DNA from: the human T2T-CHM13v2.0 reference genome, Homo sapiens
Assembly (NCBI RefSeq): GCF_009914755.1
Contig: NC_060927.1
Strand: one strand, 5' to 3'
DNA length: 64,000 nt
A model generated the notes under the pieces. It was not told the DNA's origin. It did not search any database and was given only the letters and a program-made list of their open reading frames with translations. Numbering within the stretch: the stretch's first letter is position 1; each line of letters opens with the position of its first letter. Positions 14,516-28,230 of the stretch are shown here, piece after piece. The translations under genes were made by a program, and so were the position numbers.

Positions 14516-15631
14516 TAATGTTGTCACTATTTTTCATATTAGCCATTCTGTTATTTGTGTGTGTAGTATTATTTAATTATCGGTTTAAATTTTATTTTCT
14601 TAATGTCTACTGATGTTGAATATCTTTTCATGCACTTAGTTGCCATTTTACATTATCTTAGGTAAAATATCTGTTCATGCCCTTTGCTGTTTTCCTAACT
14701 GTACTGTTTCTTTTTTTAAAAAGTGTTGCATTTTAAATTATGTATATATTCTAGATACTAGTTCTTCGTCCGATATGTGGATTCCAAATATTTCCCCCCA
14801 CCTGCCCCCATCTGTACTTGTTTCATTCTCTTAACAGATTCTTCTGGAGAGCAAAAGTTTTTAATTTTGATGTGATCCAATTATTTTTTTTTCTTTTGTG
14901 TCTAAGGACTCTTTCTCACATTATATCCTGAAATTTTTTTTCTTATTTTTAAAAAGGCTTTTGATTTTACATTTAAGTCTATAATCCACTTTGGGTTAAC
15001 CATTATAGAAGGCATGAGACTTTGGTAGTTCTTTTTATGCTCCTTATGGATGTCCAATTGCTTCAGCATTATTTGTTGGAAAGACTATCATTCCTTCAAT
15101 TAACTGCTTTTGCAACTTTGTAAAAATCAGAGATATTTTAGCCATATATTTTGGGGATCAGCATTTTGTTTCATTGATTAATGTATTTATCCCTTTGCCA
15201 ATACCACAATTTCTTTATCATTATAGGTATATAGTAAGCCTTAATCTTAGGTAGAGTTATTCTTCTTGCTTTCGTCTTCGATTTGACATCATTTACATAT
15301 TTGGGATTTATGCCTTTTCATCTAAATTTTAGAGTAAATATGTTTATATCTACAAAGAGCACTTAAGACTTTGATAAGAATTGCATTAAACTTACAGATT
15401 AATTTTACAAATCATGAACACAGTATAGCTCTCCATTATTTACATTGTCTTTTATTTCTTACATAAGCATTTTTAACTTTAGCATATAAAGCTTATATAT
15501 GTTTTCGTAAGCTTTTACCTATTTCATTTTATTTGGAGAATTTGCAAATAATATTGTATTTTAAATTTCAGTCTACATATGCTAATTGTTGGATGCTTTT
15601 ACAAATTAAGTAATAAATTTTCTTAATTTGT

Positions 15632-15819
15632 AAAATTTTCAGGATCTAATGTGAGAAAGAGTTCTTAGACACAAAAGACAAAGAAAATAATTGGATCACA
15701 TCAAAATTAAAAAATTTTGATCTCTGGAAGAATCTGTTAAGAGAATGAAACAAGTACAGATGGGAGCAGGTGGGGGGAAATATTTTGAATCCACATATCA
15801 GACAGAGGACTAGTATCTA
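15632..15819 (+). repeat. Inverted copy (~187 bp) of 14752-14937
   Basis: Reverse-complement match with about 14 differences counted by eye. Includes the locus-specific ggg(a/g)gcaggtgggggg patch. Confidence 0.92.
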
Positions 15820-18800
15820 TTTGTAAAATTAAGTAAATTTTAATTAAAAAAATTTTTAATTTGTAAAATTACTAAATTTTACACATTAAGTAATAAATTT
15901 AGTTAAGTATGCAGTAGAGGATAGTTTTTGAATATAATAGATATAACCCAATAGTGCCAGAACTTCAAATTTCTCTTCAAATTTAGACATTATATTAGCC
16001 AAAACATTAAAAATTTTTTATAAAATATTTTGAAATTAGATTGAATACATGCTTCAATACATAAATTAATTTTTTAATTCAAAACATTTAGAGTCCCATA
16101 TTTATGAAGCCATTGGTTAATGCATTGAACTCTTGGTTCTGGAGGTAATTTGCAAAAGTAGGTGTCACAGGAAAAATAACTGGTAAGAGAGGTAAGAGAT
16201 AATAAGGTATGTTTAAAACATTTTGAATTTGACAATTCATTTCATTTCAGACAGTTCTGTGTTTGGAAAGAGGCTAAATAAATTTCCTTAATAACTAGGC
16301 AATTCAATTATTTAGGAGCTGTATAAGGTTTTAATTATTACTGGAAACCAGGGTGGAGTCAGAGCCTTGTTTTTCTGAATCTTTTAAGAGTCAGCAATGT
16401 AACCACTGAGCACTAGTATCATGTTGAAGTAGTTCCCCTGGTGTATCTGGCTTTTTGAAAATTGCTCATTTGCTCTAAAAAGTATCCCCATTTAGCTGCA
16501 TTCAAAAGAGAAGAATGGATTTAAAAGCACAGTCGTGTTATTTCTTTCCTGTTTGTCCCCATCATCTATTCTCTGAATGCACAGCTGCAGGATCTATTGA
16601 AGACATGTGTGGACATAACATATCAGATGCTAGGGGAAAGACTCTACAGTGAAATTATAACTATATTATGTGTATGTTGCTGAAAGTGTTGCCTAAGCAA
16701 GTCACTGATCAGAAATAAAATATTTCTCTAGTAATAGCTGTAGCAAATAACTTCTATAATTTGTGTCACTTGTCTAATGTGACACCTTAAATACTTAGCC
16801 AGAGTCAACTCTGGACTCCAATCTAAACAGTATTTACTCTTGAAAAATTATCAGAATGAGAGTTAAACCCTCCACTGCCTTAGTTTCTTCAGTTTTAAAG
16901 TTGAACTCTGATATAATATAGAGCCTGTTGGAGTATTTAGTAACTAGATGGTCTACATATTTTTTAAAAAATAGATAAATTACCTGTTGCTAATTTAGAT
17001 TTTTTTCAAATACACAAGTAAATATTTTCATATAATTTTAAATGAGTGTCTTTGATACTCACCTCTAACTCACCTTTTCAGTTCTTATTTTACCACTTGA
17101 AATGGTTTTGGTTTTCTTTCAGATATACCATTGAGCCCTAAACTACTTTCTTCAGCAGTGAATACCTATAAAAAACCAGTGTGCCCCAGAATCATTTCCA
17201 CTAACTGGGACTCCAAATGAAGTGCTGTATATCAATGCCTTCAGGCTTGAGATACACTGCAGCGTTCTTTCTCTTGGTAAATGAAGCATGTTTTGTGGAA
17301 CACTGTGCATATCAGTGAATAGTTGTCTAGGGAAAAATAAACAGTGTTGATTTTCTTTATATCTAGTCCGGAAAGAAGACATGAACCAGAATGTAAGCTT
17401 TGATAGATAGAAACATACCCAAAAATGTTTTTTTAAAGGGATAAAAGGACTTTTATGAGTTGCAATGTCAGACAATATAGTTAATTGATATAGGGTCAGA
17501 TGATACCATTTCACTGAATAGTTTCTTGGCCAAAGGCAATGTACTTTCTTTATAAATAGTTTTTCTGGTGCAATTAAAACCTGCTTTTTGAAATCATTGG
17601 AGACACAACCAAGGAAGAATGTGATTAAATATTAGATACTGGCTTTTATTCTTCCTAAAACCCCTTCTAGTCTTAATGTATGCAAATGTACTTAAAGGCT
17701 TCATTTTACCCCTAGAACATGAACTAGAAAGGTAAACTACGCTTCATACTTAAAACACTCCAGTGCTTCTGTGCTGAGTGTTGCTAATAGCTGTGTTGTC
17801 CTAATATAATTCTCTAGGTGCTCCACGTTCCCTTTGTAATCTACCTTTCATTAATTGAGGCAGAGAGTCTTACGATTTAAATTCAGAGGTATATGAGGTG
17901 TGAAAATATATTCATATCTGTCTGCTAATGAGACTGATTTTGTGGCAAACACACCAAGCCTTATGAATCTCAGTATGTGTTTGTATTTCACAAGAGTCAC
18001 TTTAGGTAAACAATACAGTATTTTTCCATTCTCTTGTTCTTCCTTGAATTATCTTTCTGAGATTTTCCTTTTGAATTGGCTTTCAAGCTTGTTAAATTTT
18101 TTTTTAATATCAACATGTCATGTTTTCAAACATTTAGAGGAGATTTACAATTAGTCAAAGGGCATTCAAATTAGTAACTAGTCCATAAGGTTGTGAACAA
18201 CTGGGTGTTTCTACACTCATGGTCCCTAAATCGTCTTTATAAGCACAAGGGTGCAGTAGGGGAGAAACTAAGGCAGCAACTTCCCCAACTTAAATTGACC
18301 CTGGTGATGTCACCAGTAAAATGAAGTTCGTCTCCTCCTGAGATTGTGTTGTTCAGTTGTTTTATTCCATGCGTAGATTCCTACAGGTAGCATAGTGTGG
18401 TTTAGTACCATTTTTCACCACTGTGAAAGCAGGAAAAAATAACAGGTACGGTACTTGGGAGGCTCTTGGGTTCTTCCACTTAATACATTTTACTCAGAAT
18501 ATGAACAATACCGCTGAACTTCATTCTATTTTCTCGAGCTTTCTTGTGTTTGAAAGGATGTCAAAACTCTTCCTTTCTCATTGTATGCCTAAAATTCTGT
18601 GTTTTGCTGACCAACACTTTATTCTTTCTATCTGGATCATGTTCCAGTAATTACACAAGTTTTAGGTTCATTTAACAAAAATTCCTAAACTTCTATAACC
18701 AGTTACAAAATTCTCTTTAGAAATGCATTTTAACTATTTATTAGTTAATTAAATACCCTGACTCTATTAAAATATATTCTCTTCCTAGAACAATTCATTC

Positions 18801-18825
18801 TATTATACTGCAGGCTATAAAATTT

Positions 18826-18885
18826 ATAATATAAAGATAGAAATTGATTATCATAATAATATAAAGATAGAAATTGATTATCATA
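18826..18885. repeat. Perfect 30-bp tandem duplication
   Basis: ataatataaagatagaaattgattatcata x2. Confidence 0.97.
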
Positions 18886-19214
18886 AATATAGAATCTATC
18901 GTCCCTTGGGAACTAAAACAAATAACAATAGGCAGTTGGTTGGATACAACTTGACAATTAAAACATTCTCTTCCCTTTTGATTAAAGCCTAAAGAAAAAA
19001 GTATAGAAATTAGAATGATGCTTTATTACCATTTGCAACCTATCTTAACTCAGGGCTAGACTTATTTCAAACACACAGCAGCAAGTCCCTCCAAAATCTT
19101 TGCAGGATATACAGTTTGAAACTTAAACTTTGCCCAAGAAAACAATATAGAACCTAAACAAGTCCTCTGACTTTTCTCTCTTAGTCCATGTATCTATGTA
19201 GAAATAACGCAAGG

Positions 19215-19300
19215 TCTGGTGTCTTTGCAGGTTCTGGTGTCTTTGCAACTTCCATTCCAAACTTGTTATAAAGCAACTTCCATTCCAAACTTGTTATAAA
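19215..19300. repeat. Two adjacent tandem duplications (15-bp core with 18-bp period; perfect 28 bp)
   Basis: tctggtgtctttgca at 19215 and 19233; gcaacttccattccaaacttgttataaa at 19245 and 19273. Confidence 0.95.
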
Positions 19301-19708
19301 CTTTTTTTAAAAATTAATATTAATACTTTATTTTTTGTTTGTTTATACTTACATTGTATATGTAATTGATCTAGAAATTTGAAGGAAAGTGATGTTATTT
19401 CATGCCATGTAAAATCAATCAACAGGATCAAATTAATCCCTATTTTCGACTACTTTGACAATATCCCTTTAAAATTCATCTATGATTATTGGTGGATATA
19501 TTTTTGGAATGCCATTATTCAGACGACGGTTTAGTAAAATGAAACATATGTCTCCATTCCTGACCACGAAACCTCAGGTTTTCTATCATGTCAATAGCGT
19601 ATAGAAAAGAGGGGCTTTGATTCACAAATATTGGATCCAAATATATAAATAATAATAGATATTCAAATCCTGTTTACCAAAGACACTGTAATGTAATGGG
19701 CTAGATTA

Positions 19709-19919
19709 GAGGCAGGCAATCTTTTTCTATAAAGGATCAGATAGTACGATTTTTTACTTTGGGCACATATGGTTTCTGTCATAACTACTCAACTCTGCGT
19801 TGGAGCACAAAGGCAGCCTTAGAAATTATGCCAGTCATAGCTGTGGTTCAATAAATATTTACTTATAAAGAGAAATGGTGGGCCAGACCTGGTCCATGGC
19901 CACAGTTTTCCCACTCCTG
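19709..19919 (+). mobile_element. MER58A DNA transposon
   Basis: 'ggcaatctttttctataaagg...cagatagta...aactactcaactctgc...gggccagacctgg...cagttttcccactcctg'. Confidence 0.8.
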
Positions 19920-20733
19920 GTTTAAATAAATAAAATCAAGTGTAAATATTTCTTCAATGTAAAAGTATTAAATACATTTAATTAATTTTAGATATGTCTG
20001 TTGGTCCAATCTTACCTTTTCCTCTTGCCCAATAAGACACTTGTTATTATTTATTCATTTATTTATTTATATATGTCTCTTTGTCATCTACAGGAATGTA
20101 AAGAGTTATAAATTCCATTTTACTTCAGAAATTGGTTGAAATGAAGAAGTTTAGAATAATCAGAGGAGCCAAAGATAAAAGATAAATCTCTTTTTTGTAG
20201 TTTTGACCTGGGAGGGAATGATATAATAAGCAATCCATATGAGGAGGGTCTTACCTCGATTATAATTTATCTGCTTCTATTTCCTATTCAAAAAAGTTTT
20301 TCTGGGGCCTACTAGAAAGTATGCTCCCTTTCTTCCATGAAAAATCACAAATAAAAGTGAGCATAAAAGAATACATGCAATATGTGAACTATATTTCTTT
20401 ATTATGTGCCTGTAGAAAATGCAAAAGGAATAAATGAATGAATGTAAATAGATGTGTTTATGTGTCTATATATGTATATAAATTCTAAATATACTTTGTT
20501 ATTAATAGGTTAGAAATTAAAATGTTAATATCTAAGCATTTAAAGTATTCCAAAATGGAACCAAAATTTTCCAAAAGTGGATTTCTTCTATTATTAATGA
20601 TAGAACTGTGATAATCTCCCCATAAAATGCTGATGATAGGCACTACAGGATAGCTTTAATGTTTATAACAGAAGTTTGGTTTTTATTTTATGGCTAATGG
20701 TGTTCAGTAAATTGTCTTTTTGGAATGCATTCA

Positions 20734-20975
20734 CAGATTGAGAATCCCAAATTTAAAAATCCGAAATCTTAAATGCTTCAATATTTGAAACTTTTTGAGT
20801 GTCAACATGATCCTCAAAGGAAATGCTCACTGGAGCATTGTTCATTTGGGGTTTTTGGAACTGGGATGCTCAACTTGTGAGTATGTAATGCAAACATTTT
20901 AAAATCCCCCCAAAGAAACCCCAAATCCAAAACACTTCTGTTCCCAAGCATTACAAATAAGGAATATTTAACCTG
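20734..20975. mobile_element. Tigger4a/MER46A (Zombi) MITE
   Basis: TIRs cagattgagaatccc ... ggaatatttaacctg followed by TA; internal 'ctcaaaggaaatgctcactggagcat'. Confidence 0.85.
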
Positions 20976-21322
20976 TATTATATTCTAAACAACACTGTAG
21001 AAACTCATAGTTTTCCCACTCCATCCAAAATGGAAGCATTTAGTAAAAAAATAAATAAATAAATAAAGATAAAAACATAGTAATATAGCTCAAATATCAA
21101 TCAAACAATCATTTAACTAAAAAACATATAGACAACAATACTCATTTTCCTGGTACTTAAAGAAAACATTTGCTCTAAGATAAATGACTTAAGAACAAAT
21201 ATAGATAACACATGTTCTCAATTCATTGGGCAAAAACAGTCACATTTTCTTTTAAATGGTACATTTTATGGTAATAATACTAACAACTGCCTTTCTTACC
21301 TCCTTCATTTTTTATTTCCTTC

Positions 21323-22265
21323 TGTTTTAATCACCTCCTTTGCTCCCCAGTGGCGAAGGAAGAAGTCCCTACTGGTGAAGAGGAATGAGCAAACACAAGA
21401 TACCTGACACTGGACAGATGGGATGGAGAGCAGTTTATTAATCACATATGCTCAGCCAGGAAGAGGAAGACACTGTGCTATGCAGGGCCACATAGGGGGT
21501 GCATTGAGAAACAGAGTGAAAATCCAGAAGTTGTGGGTGGCAGAATTTGTAGTATCAAGAGGATGGGGTGACCCCTAGTAACCACAGGGGGTTGTGATTG
21601 GCTTCTTTGAGTAATATCGTGGGTTTGCAGGGAACTAAAAACCATTTCTCTGGAATAAGCTGGAATTGTGCTTAGTCTTCTTTATAAGGAGAGTTGTTTG
21701 ATTAAGAAACATTATCTTTAGGAGCTGAGTGAGGGGGTGCCAATGTTCTTAGGTCTAGTCTGGGGAGAAATAATACTTACACAACAAGTTGGGCAAAACA
21801 GATTTATTACTCACAGATAGACAGCAAGGATAAACTGATATCTAGGATTAGTGGTGAGTCAATTCCTAATGCTCAGGAAAGCTGTCCGAGGTGGATAGAG
21901 TCATGTCTGCATGTGCCCCACATTGCACCAAGGCTAATGGATTAAGGCTCAAGGCACTCTGCTCTGAGTTTTATATCCTCAGCACAACTTGGATTGCTGA
22001 TTTCAACCATCATAGAACACCCCGTTCTCAGAGGAATGAGGCTACAGCCCTAGTAGTTCCAGACGTTTTCTACTTATCTCAGGATGTTGCATTCTTGGTA
22101 CTTTTTTCCTGAAAATTGCAAGCAATCAGGGATGAGCTGGTTTGGCCAAAGCCAACTTGTGCTCCTGTTGAGAAAATTGCATTTCGGCTATTTGATGCTC
22201 TTCAGTGCCACCAAATGTCAAGGCAGGACATAATATTGATTCTTAATTTTAATCCTTGTACCACA
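21323..22265 (-). mobile_element. ERVL LTR (MER54/MER73/MER74 group), probable 3' LTR, interrupted at ~21740-22170
   Basis: tgttttaatcacctcc...taccaca ends. Homologous to 26129-26575. A PPT-like gaagaggtcaat is adjacent on the minus strand. Confidence 0.7.
21740..22170 (-). mobile_element. ERVL-class solo LTR (MER76/MER77-like) nested in the LTR above
   Basis: Reverse homolog of 7902-8320; polyA signal (tttatt) near 21803. Confidence 0.6.
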
Positions 22266-22341
22266 ATTGACCTCTTCATGCTTTGACATAAATTTAAACC
22301 TTGGTAATGACTGAGATTTTTAGGGAGTCCTAAAAACCTCA

Positions 22342-23360
<1,019 letters not shown>

Positions 23361-23379
23361 TTAAGGACTCATACTTATC

Positions 23380-23965
23380 TATTACAAAACTTACTACCCA
23401 GTTACAGTAATCAAAGCAATGTTGTACTGGCATAAGTAAAGACATATGGACCAGTAGAACAGAGTACAGAACTAAGAAATAAAGTTGCATATCTATAGTT
23501 TATTAGTTTTTTTAAATGATGCCAAATAAATTCAATGGGAAAAGAAAAATGTCTTCAAGAAATAGTGCTAAGAAAACTGAATAGTCATATGTAAAAGAAT
23601 GCAAAACAATGCAAGTTGGACGCTTACATTTTGCCATATACAAAAATTAACTCAAAGGATCAAAGACCTAAATTTAGGAGCTAAAACTGTAAAACTGTTG
23701 GAATGAAACATAGAGGAAAATCTTCCTGTGCTTAGATTTGGCAATGGTTTCTGAAATGTGGCATCAAAAGCACAGGTAACAACAACAAAAAATAGATAAA
23801 ATTTACTTCAAAATTTAAAACATATGTGCAATGAAGGGCACTAGTAAGAGAATGGGAAAAAAATGTTTCCCACAGAATGGGAAAAAAATCTGCAAATCCT
23901 ATGTCTGATAAGGGTTTAATATCCCGAATATACAAAGAACTCCTATAATACAAAAACAAAAAGAA
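23380..23965 (+). mobile_element. L1M (L1MA/MB-like) ORF2 3' fragment
   Basis: 'acttactac...acagtaatcaaagcaatgttgtactggcataa...ccatatacaaaaattaactcaaa...tctgataagggtttaatatcc'. Confidence 0.85.
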
Positions 23966-24719
23966 AAACTCTACCGTATTCATATTTAATTTTTTTTTCC
24001 TTCCAGAGAGCCTCAAATCAGTGTCAGCAAGTTAGTAACCTCCTCCACAGCAATGGTTGCTTCTTATGGATTAAAATCTTGGGTTAACTTGCTTTTAAAT
24101 TAACCTCTTTGCTGGATCACATGGATGCCATGGGCGTTTTTCCCCTATAACCTTGAGTTATAACAGGATCTTTGTTACAAAAGAAGTGTAGGCAACAGAA
24201 TGTTGTAGTCGAAGTGACCTGTACCCGCAGTCCAGAGACCAGTGGATTGAAACCAAACTCTGCTTTTACCATTCCCCTTCTAATGTATGGGACTTTCTTT
24301 CTCTTTTCTCTCTATAAATTCTTTCAGAATATTTTAGGTTCCTAGTTGCACATAGTCAACTACACTTGCCTCTCATTAGAATCTGATTTGAGGATCTTTG
24401 TTTCTGTCTTCTTCCGACATTCTGAGAGGTTATGGGGAAAAGTTTGATAGTCTGTGGCCAACCTCATAGGAGGTTTTCTCTTCCCCCAAGGACTTCTAGT
24501 TAATCTTCCAGAAGTGATGTCTACATCTAGTAAGTTCATTTTGTCTGTGGCCCAAGTGTGGCTATCAAGTCTGGTGATCAAAAGATTAACTCTGTGGCAT
24601 ACTGGTAAGCAGTAGCATTAAATAAAACTTATTAAGACCAGCACATTGGATAGGGGTTTTGCATTGAGGCAACTGTTGTGTTATCTCCTCTGGTGGGTTG
24701 GATGACTAGACTAGATGCC

Positions 24720-25175
24720 TGTTCCACTTTTTCCTTCCTTCCCTCCGTCCCTACCTCACTCCCTCCCTTGCTTCCTTCCTTCCTTCCCCCTTTCTTTTCC
24801 TTTCTTCCTTTCCTTTCCTTTCTCCCTCCCTCTCTCCCTCTCTCCTCCCTTCCTTCCTTCTTTCCTTCATTCCTTCCTCTCCTTCCCTCCCTCCCTCCTT
24901 CCTTCTCTCACTCCTTCTCTTTCTTCCCGCCCTTCTTCCTCCCTCCATCCATTCCTACCTGCCCTCCCTCCCTCCTTACTTCATTCTTTCCTTTCTTCCT
25001 TCCCCTCTGTCTGCCTCCATCCCCTTGTTCCTTCTTTCTTTCCTTTTTTTCTTCCTTCCCTCCCTTCCTTCCCTCTTTACTTCCTTTGCTTTTTTCTCCC
25101 TGCCTCTCTCCCTACTTCATTTCTTTATTTTCTTCCTTTCTTCCCTCCCTTCCTTAATTTCTTCCATCCTTTATT
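24720..25175. repeat. CT-rich (CCTT/CCCT/TTTC) polypyrimidine low-complexity tract
   Basis: ~450 bp that is almost entirely C/T. Confidence 0.95.
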
Positions 25176-25921
25176 TATTAATTTCATTTTTCATTAGTCC
25201 ATGGGGCTCAGGCTACCATAGATGTACACCTCATACACTTGGAGGTAAAGAAAGCATACATGACAGAAGCAAGGGAACTAGCAGTACAAGAGATGAACAA
25301 GGTTTCTACTGTTGAATGAACAACTGTTCTTTTTAAGTAACTGAGATGCCATACTTAATTCAACCCAGGATGCTGTCTCCTTTCTTTCTGCAAACTTTAA
25401 CATGATCTTCCCAGCCCAGAAGTGCACAATCACAATGTTCATATGACTGTCTCAGGCATCCAGTGAAGGTCACCAAGCTGAGGCAGTGACCAGAGAGCTG
25501 TAGCCTTATTATTGGTAAGTGGAATTCAAGCACTGACCAGTTAGACTGTGTTGTTACAGCAGGAAACCTCAGAGACCACCTGCCAAAGCCAAGCTGAATC
25601 TGGACATATATCATGTTAGCGTATAGTCACTTAACAATTATCATCTTGCCTCAGAAGAGCATTTTAAGGTGAGAAGAAATGGTAATATTTAGCAAAGTCA
25701 ACAGAGTATATAACAGGAAAAAAGCAAACCCTCTAGCAATTGGCAGTTCTGCCTTAGCCTTTGCCATATCATAGAACTAGATAGTTACCCAAGGAGCAGT
25801 TATTTAAAGCTGATGAGATGTTCTTGGTCATGGTTGCATGACCTTGTTTGTGACACCATTTGTTTTTATTGCCTTGTATTTACTCCACTGGTTATGGAGT
25901 AACCAACCATACTCCATATGG

Positions 25922-26127
25922 TTACCCACAGGTCCTGTCATAAATATACCTAATACAAAATATGTCAATCCAAAATATGTCAACGAAAGCATGAAGCTAT
26001 GCATAATAGCTTTGACCAGAATATACATTTGTATCACAACAATTATGTATCAAATTTAGTAAGTTGGTAAACCTTTTCATAAAGTTGATATGTTTCTAAA
26101 GACATTTTAACTGAGAAATATTAATTT
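25922..26127 (+). repeat. 206-bp direct copy of 27752-27957
   Basis: Gap-free alignment at offset 1830 with 8 mismatches counted by eye. Confidence 0.96.
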
Positions 26128-26128
26128 T

Positions 26129-26575
26129 CATGTGAATTCCCACCCTAGGGTTAGTGGGAGGCCAAACACACGACATGTAACACAGGACAGATGATATTGA
26201 GAGCAGGTTGTCAGCTCCATATACTGACAGTATGGGGAAATAGGACATTGTGCCACACATGGGTTGCAGTCAGAACAGAGAGAACAGTCAGGGACCGTGA
26301 GAGGCAGGTTTGTTGGTGTCAAGAGGGTGAGGTGTCCCTGTGGTTCCCACCTGAGAATGTAATTGGCTTGTTTGAATAATTCTGCAGGCTATCAGGGAAC
26401 TGAAACCCACTACTCAGGGATAAGCAGAAACTGCACCTAGTCTCCCTGATAGGAAGGATCATTTGACTAGGGGGCTTTTTTCACAGGAGCTGAGCAAGAA
26501 GACGCATGTGCACTTATGCTATCTGAGGCTCTGCCAATTTACCAGATGTCAAACCAGCACATCATATTTTTTACA
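26129..26575 (-). mobile_element. ERVL LTR (same family as 21323-22265), probable 5' LTR, U5 end truncated
   Basis: Shared motifs 'ggacagatg', 'tcaagagg', 'attggctt', 'cagggaact', 'gataagc', 'atgtcaa'. Confidence 0.7.
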
Positions 26576-26814
26576 CTTCTTTCACTTCTTCCCTCCTTCT
26601 TTTCCTCTTTCCTTTTCTTCCTTCCTTGCTTCTTTGCTTTCATTGTTATTTATTATTTCTGTTACATACTTATTCAACACACATGTACACAGGACTGATA
26701 TTCTGCAGATATACACCAGTACAGCCCAATGTAATGTGTAAGACTATCATCTGTTCTAACTGGCTACACTCATCTTATGCCTGTTGTAAAATGTTTACAC
26801 TGTCACTGATGTAC

Positions 26815-27424
26815 ATATCTACAGAAGGTAGACAATGTGAAGATACAGGGAGAACACCATATGTGAAGGTGGTCTCTATAAGCCAAGCAGAGGGACCTAC
26901 ATAGATCCTTTCCTTAAAGCCATCATAAGAAACCAGCTCTGCCAACATCTTGATTTTAGGCTTGTAGCCCTCAGAACTGTGCGACAATTAGTTGCTATTT
27001 TTTGAGCCAGGGGTCTTCAACTCCCAGGTCATGGACCAGTACCTTTTTGTGGCTTGTTAGGAACCAGGACACACAGCAAGAGGTTAGCAGCTCACCAGTG
27101 AGCATTATCGCCTGAGCTCCTCCTCCTGTCAGATAAGCAGCAGCATTGGATTCTCAGAATTCTTATGGGAGCTCGAGCCCTTTTGTGAACTGCACATGCA
27201 AAGGGTCTATGATTCACGCTCCTTATGAAAATCTAAGTAATGCCTGATGATCTGAGGTGGAACAGTTTCATCCTGAAACCACTTCCCTGCCTTCTCCCCC
27301 TGGAAAAAAGTTATCTTCCACAAAACTGGTTCCTGGTCACCCACCCAAAAAATGTTAAGGACCACTGGTTTAAGCCATCCAGTTTATGAAACTTTGTTAC
27401 AGCAGCCCTAGAAGATGAATAAAG
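26815..27424 (+). mobile_element. MLT1B/C MaLR LTR interrupted by MER1B
   Basis: 'atgtgaagatacagggagaacaccat...ctgccaacatcttgattttagg...cagaactgtg' resumes as 'ttaagccatccagttt...ctttgttacagcagccctag'. Confidence 0.85.
27008..27367 (+). mobile_element. MER1B hAT-Charlie DNA transposon
   Basis: caggggtc...ggaccactg TIRs; degenerate 8-bp TSD ttttgagc/gtttaagc. Confidence 0.88.
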
Positions 27425-27989
27425 TAGTCTAGATTTTTAAAAATTCAATACAATAATCAGTTGCTAAGCTAACATAAAGAAGGTATATATTCATATTTTA
27501 TTTAAACTTTAATAACTTTAATACTATTTATAAATACTCTTAAAATTATAAAAATTACAAAAAAATAGATGTATGGCTATAACTGAATGCTTTGATAATT
27601 TGATCATCTTAAATGCCTGTGTAAATTTATGGAAGATCTTGCCCTTATATCTGGTTGGAATCCACCCACACATGTAACACTGTAGTTTCATGCAAGTATG
27701 TAAATGCAGAAATTTTGAAGCTTTAGAATATTTTATAAGGTTTTTTGGAACTTACCCACATGTCCTGTCATAAATATATCTAATACAAAATATGTCAGTC
27801 CAAAATATGTCAATGAAAGCATGAAGCTATGCATAATAGCTTTGACCAGAATATACATTTGTATAACAACAATTATGTATCAAATTTAGTAAGTTGGTAA
27901 ACCTTTCCATAAAGGTGATATGTTTCTAAAGACATTTCAACTGAGAAATATTAATTTGAATGTGGCACCCTGGAGAAAGCTGGCTAATG

Positions 27990-28230
27990 GAATAGCATGT
28001 ATCGTCAGGAGGGGCATAGGGGAAAGAAATTTAAGAACCGCGTCACTTAGATCATGCTAGGAAATTTGGGCTTTATTCTGACATCAGTAGCGGCAGCAGG
28101 GAAAGTTTTCCAAATCAGGAGGAGTGTGGGAAATTTACATTTTAGAAGAATCATTCTGGCTTCAGAGAGAAGAATAATTTGTGGCATGGCGAAGGGAACT
28201 GATTGAAAAGAGACTTATTACAAGGTTTTT
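27990..28230 (-). mobile_element. L2 fragment
   Basis: 'catgctaggaaatttgggctttattctg...tttacattttagaagaatcattctggct'. Confidence 0.55.

Noticed and set aside
24678-25315. Several 96-160 aa ORFs rich in P/S/F/L
   Set aside because: Artefacts of the stop-free CT-rich tract.
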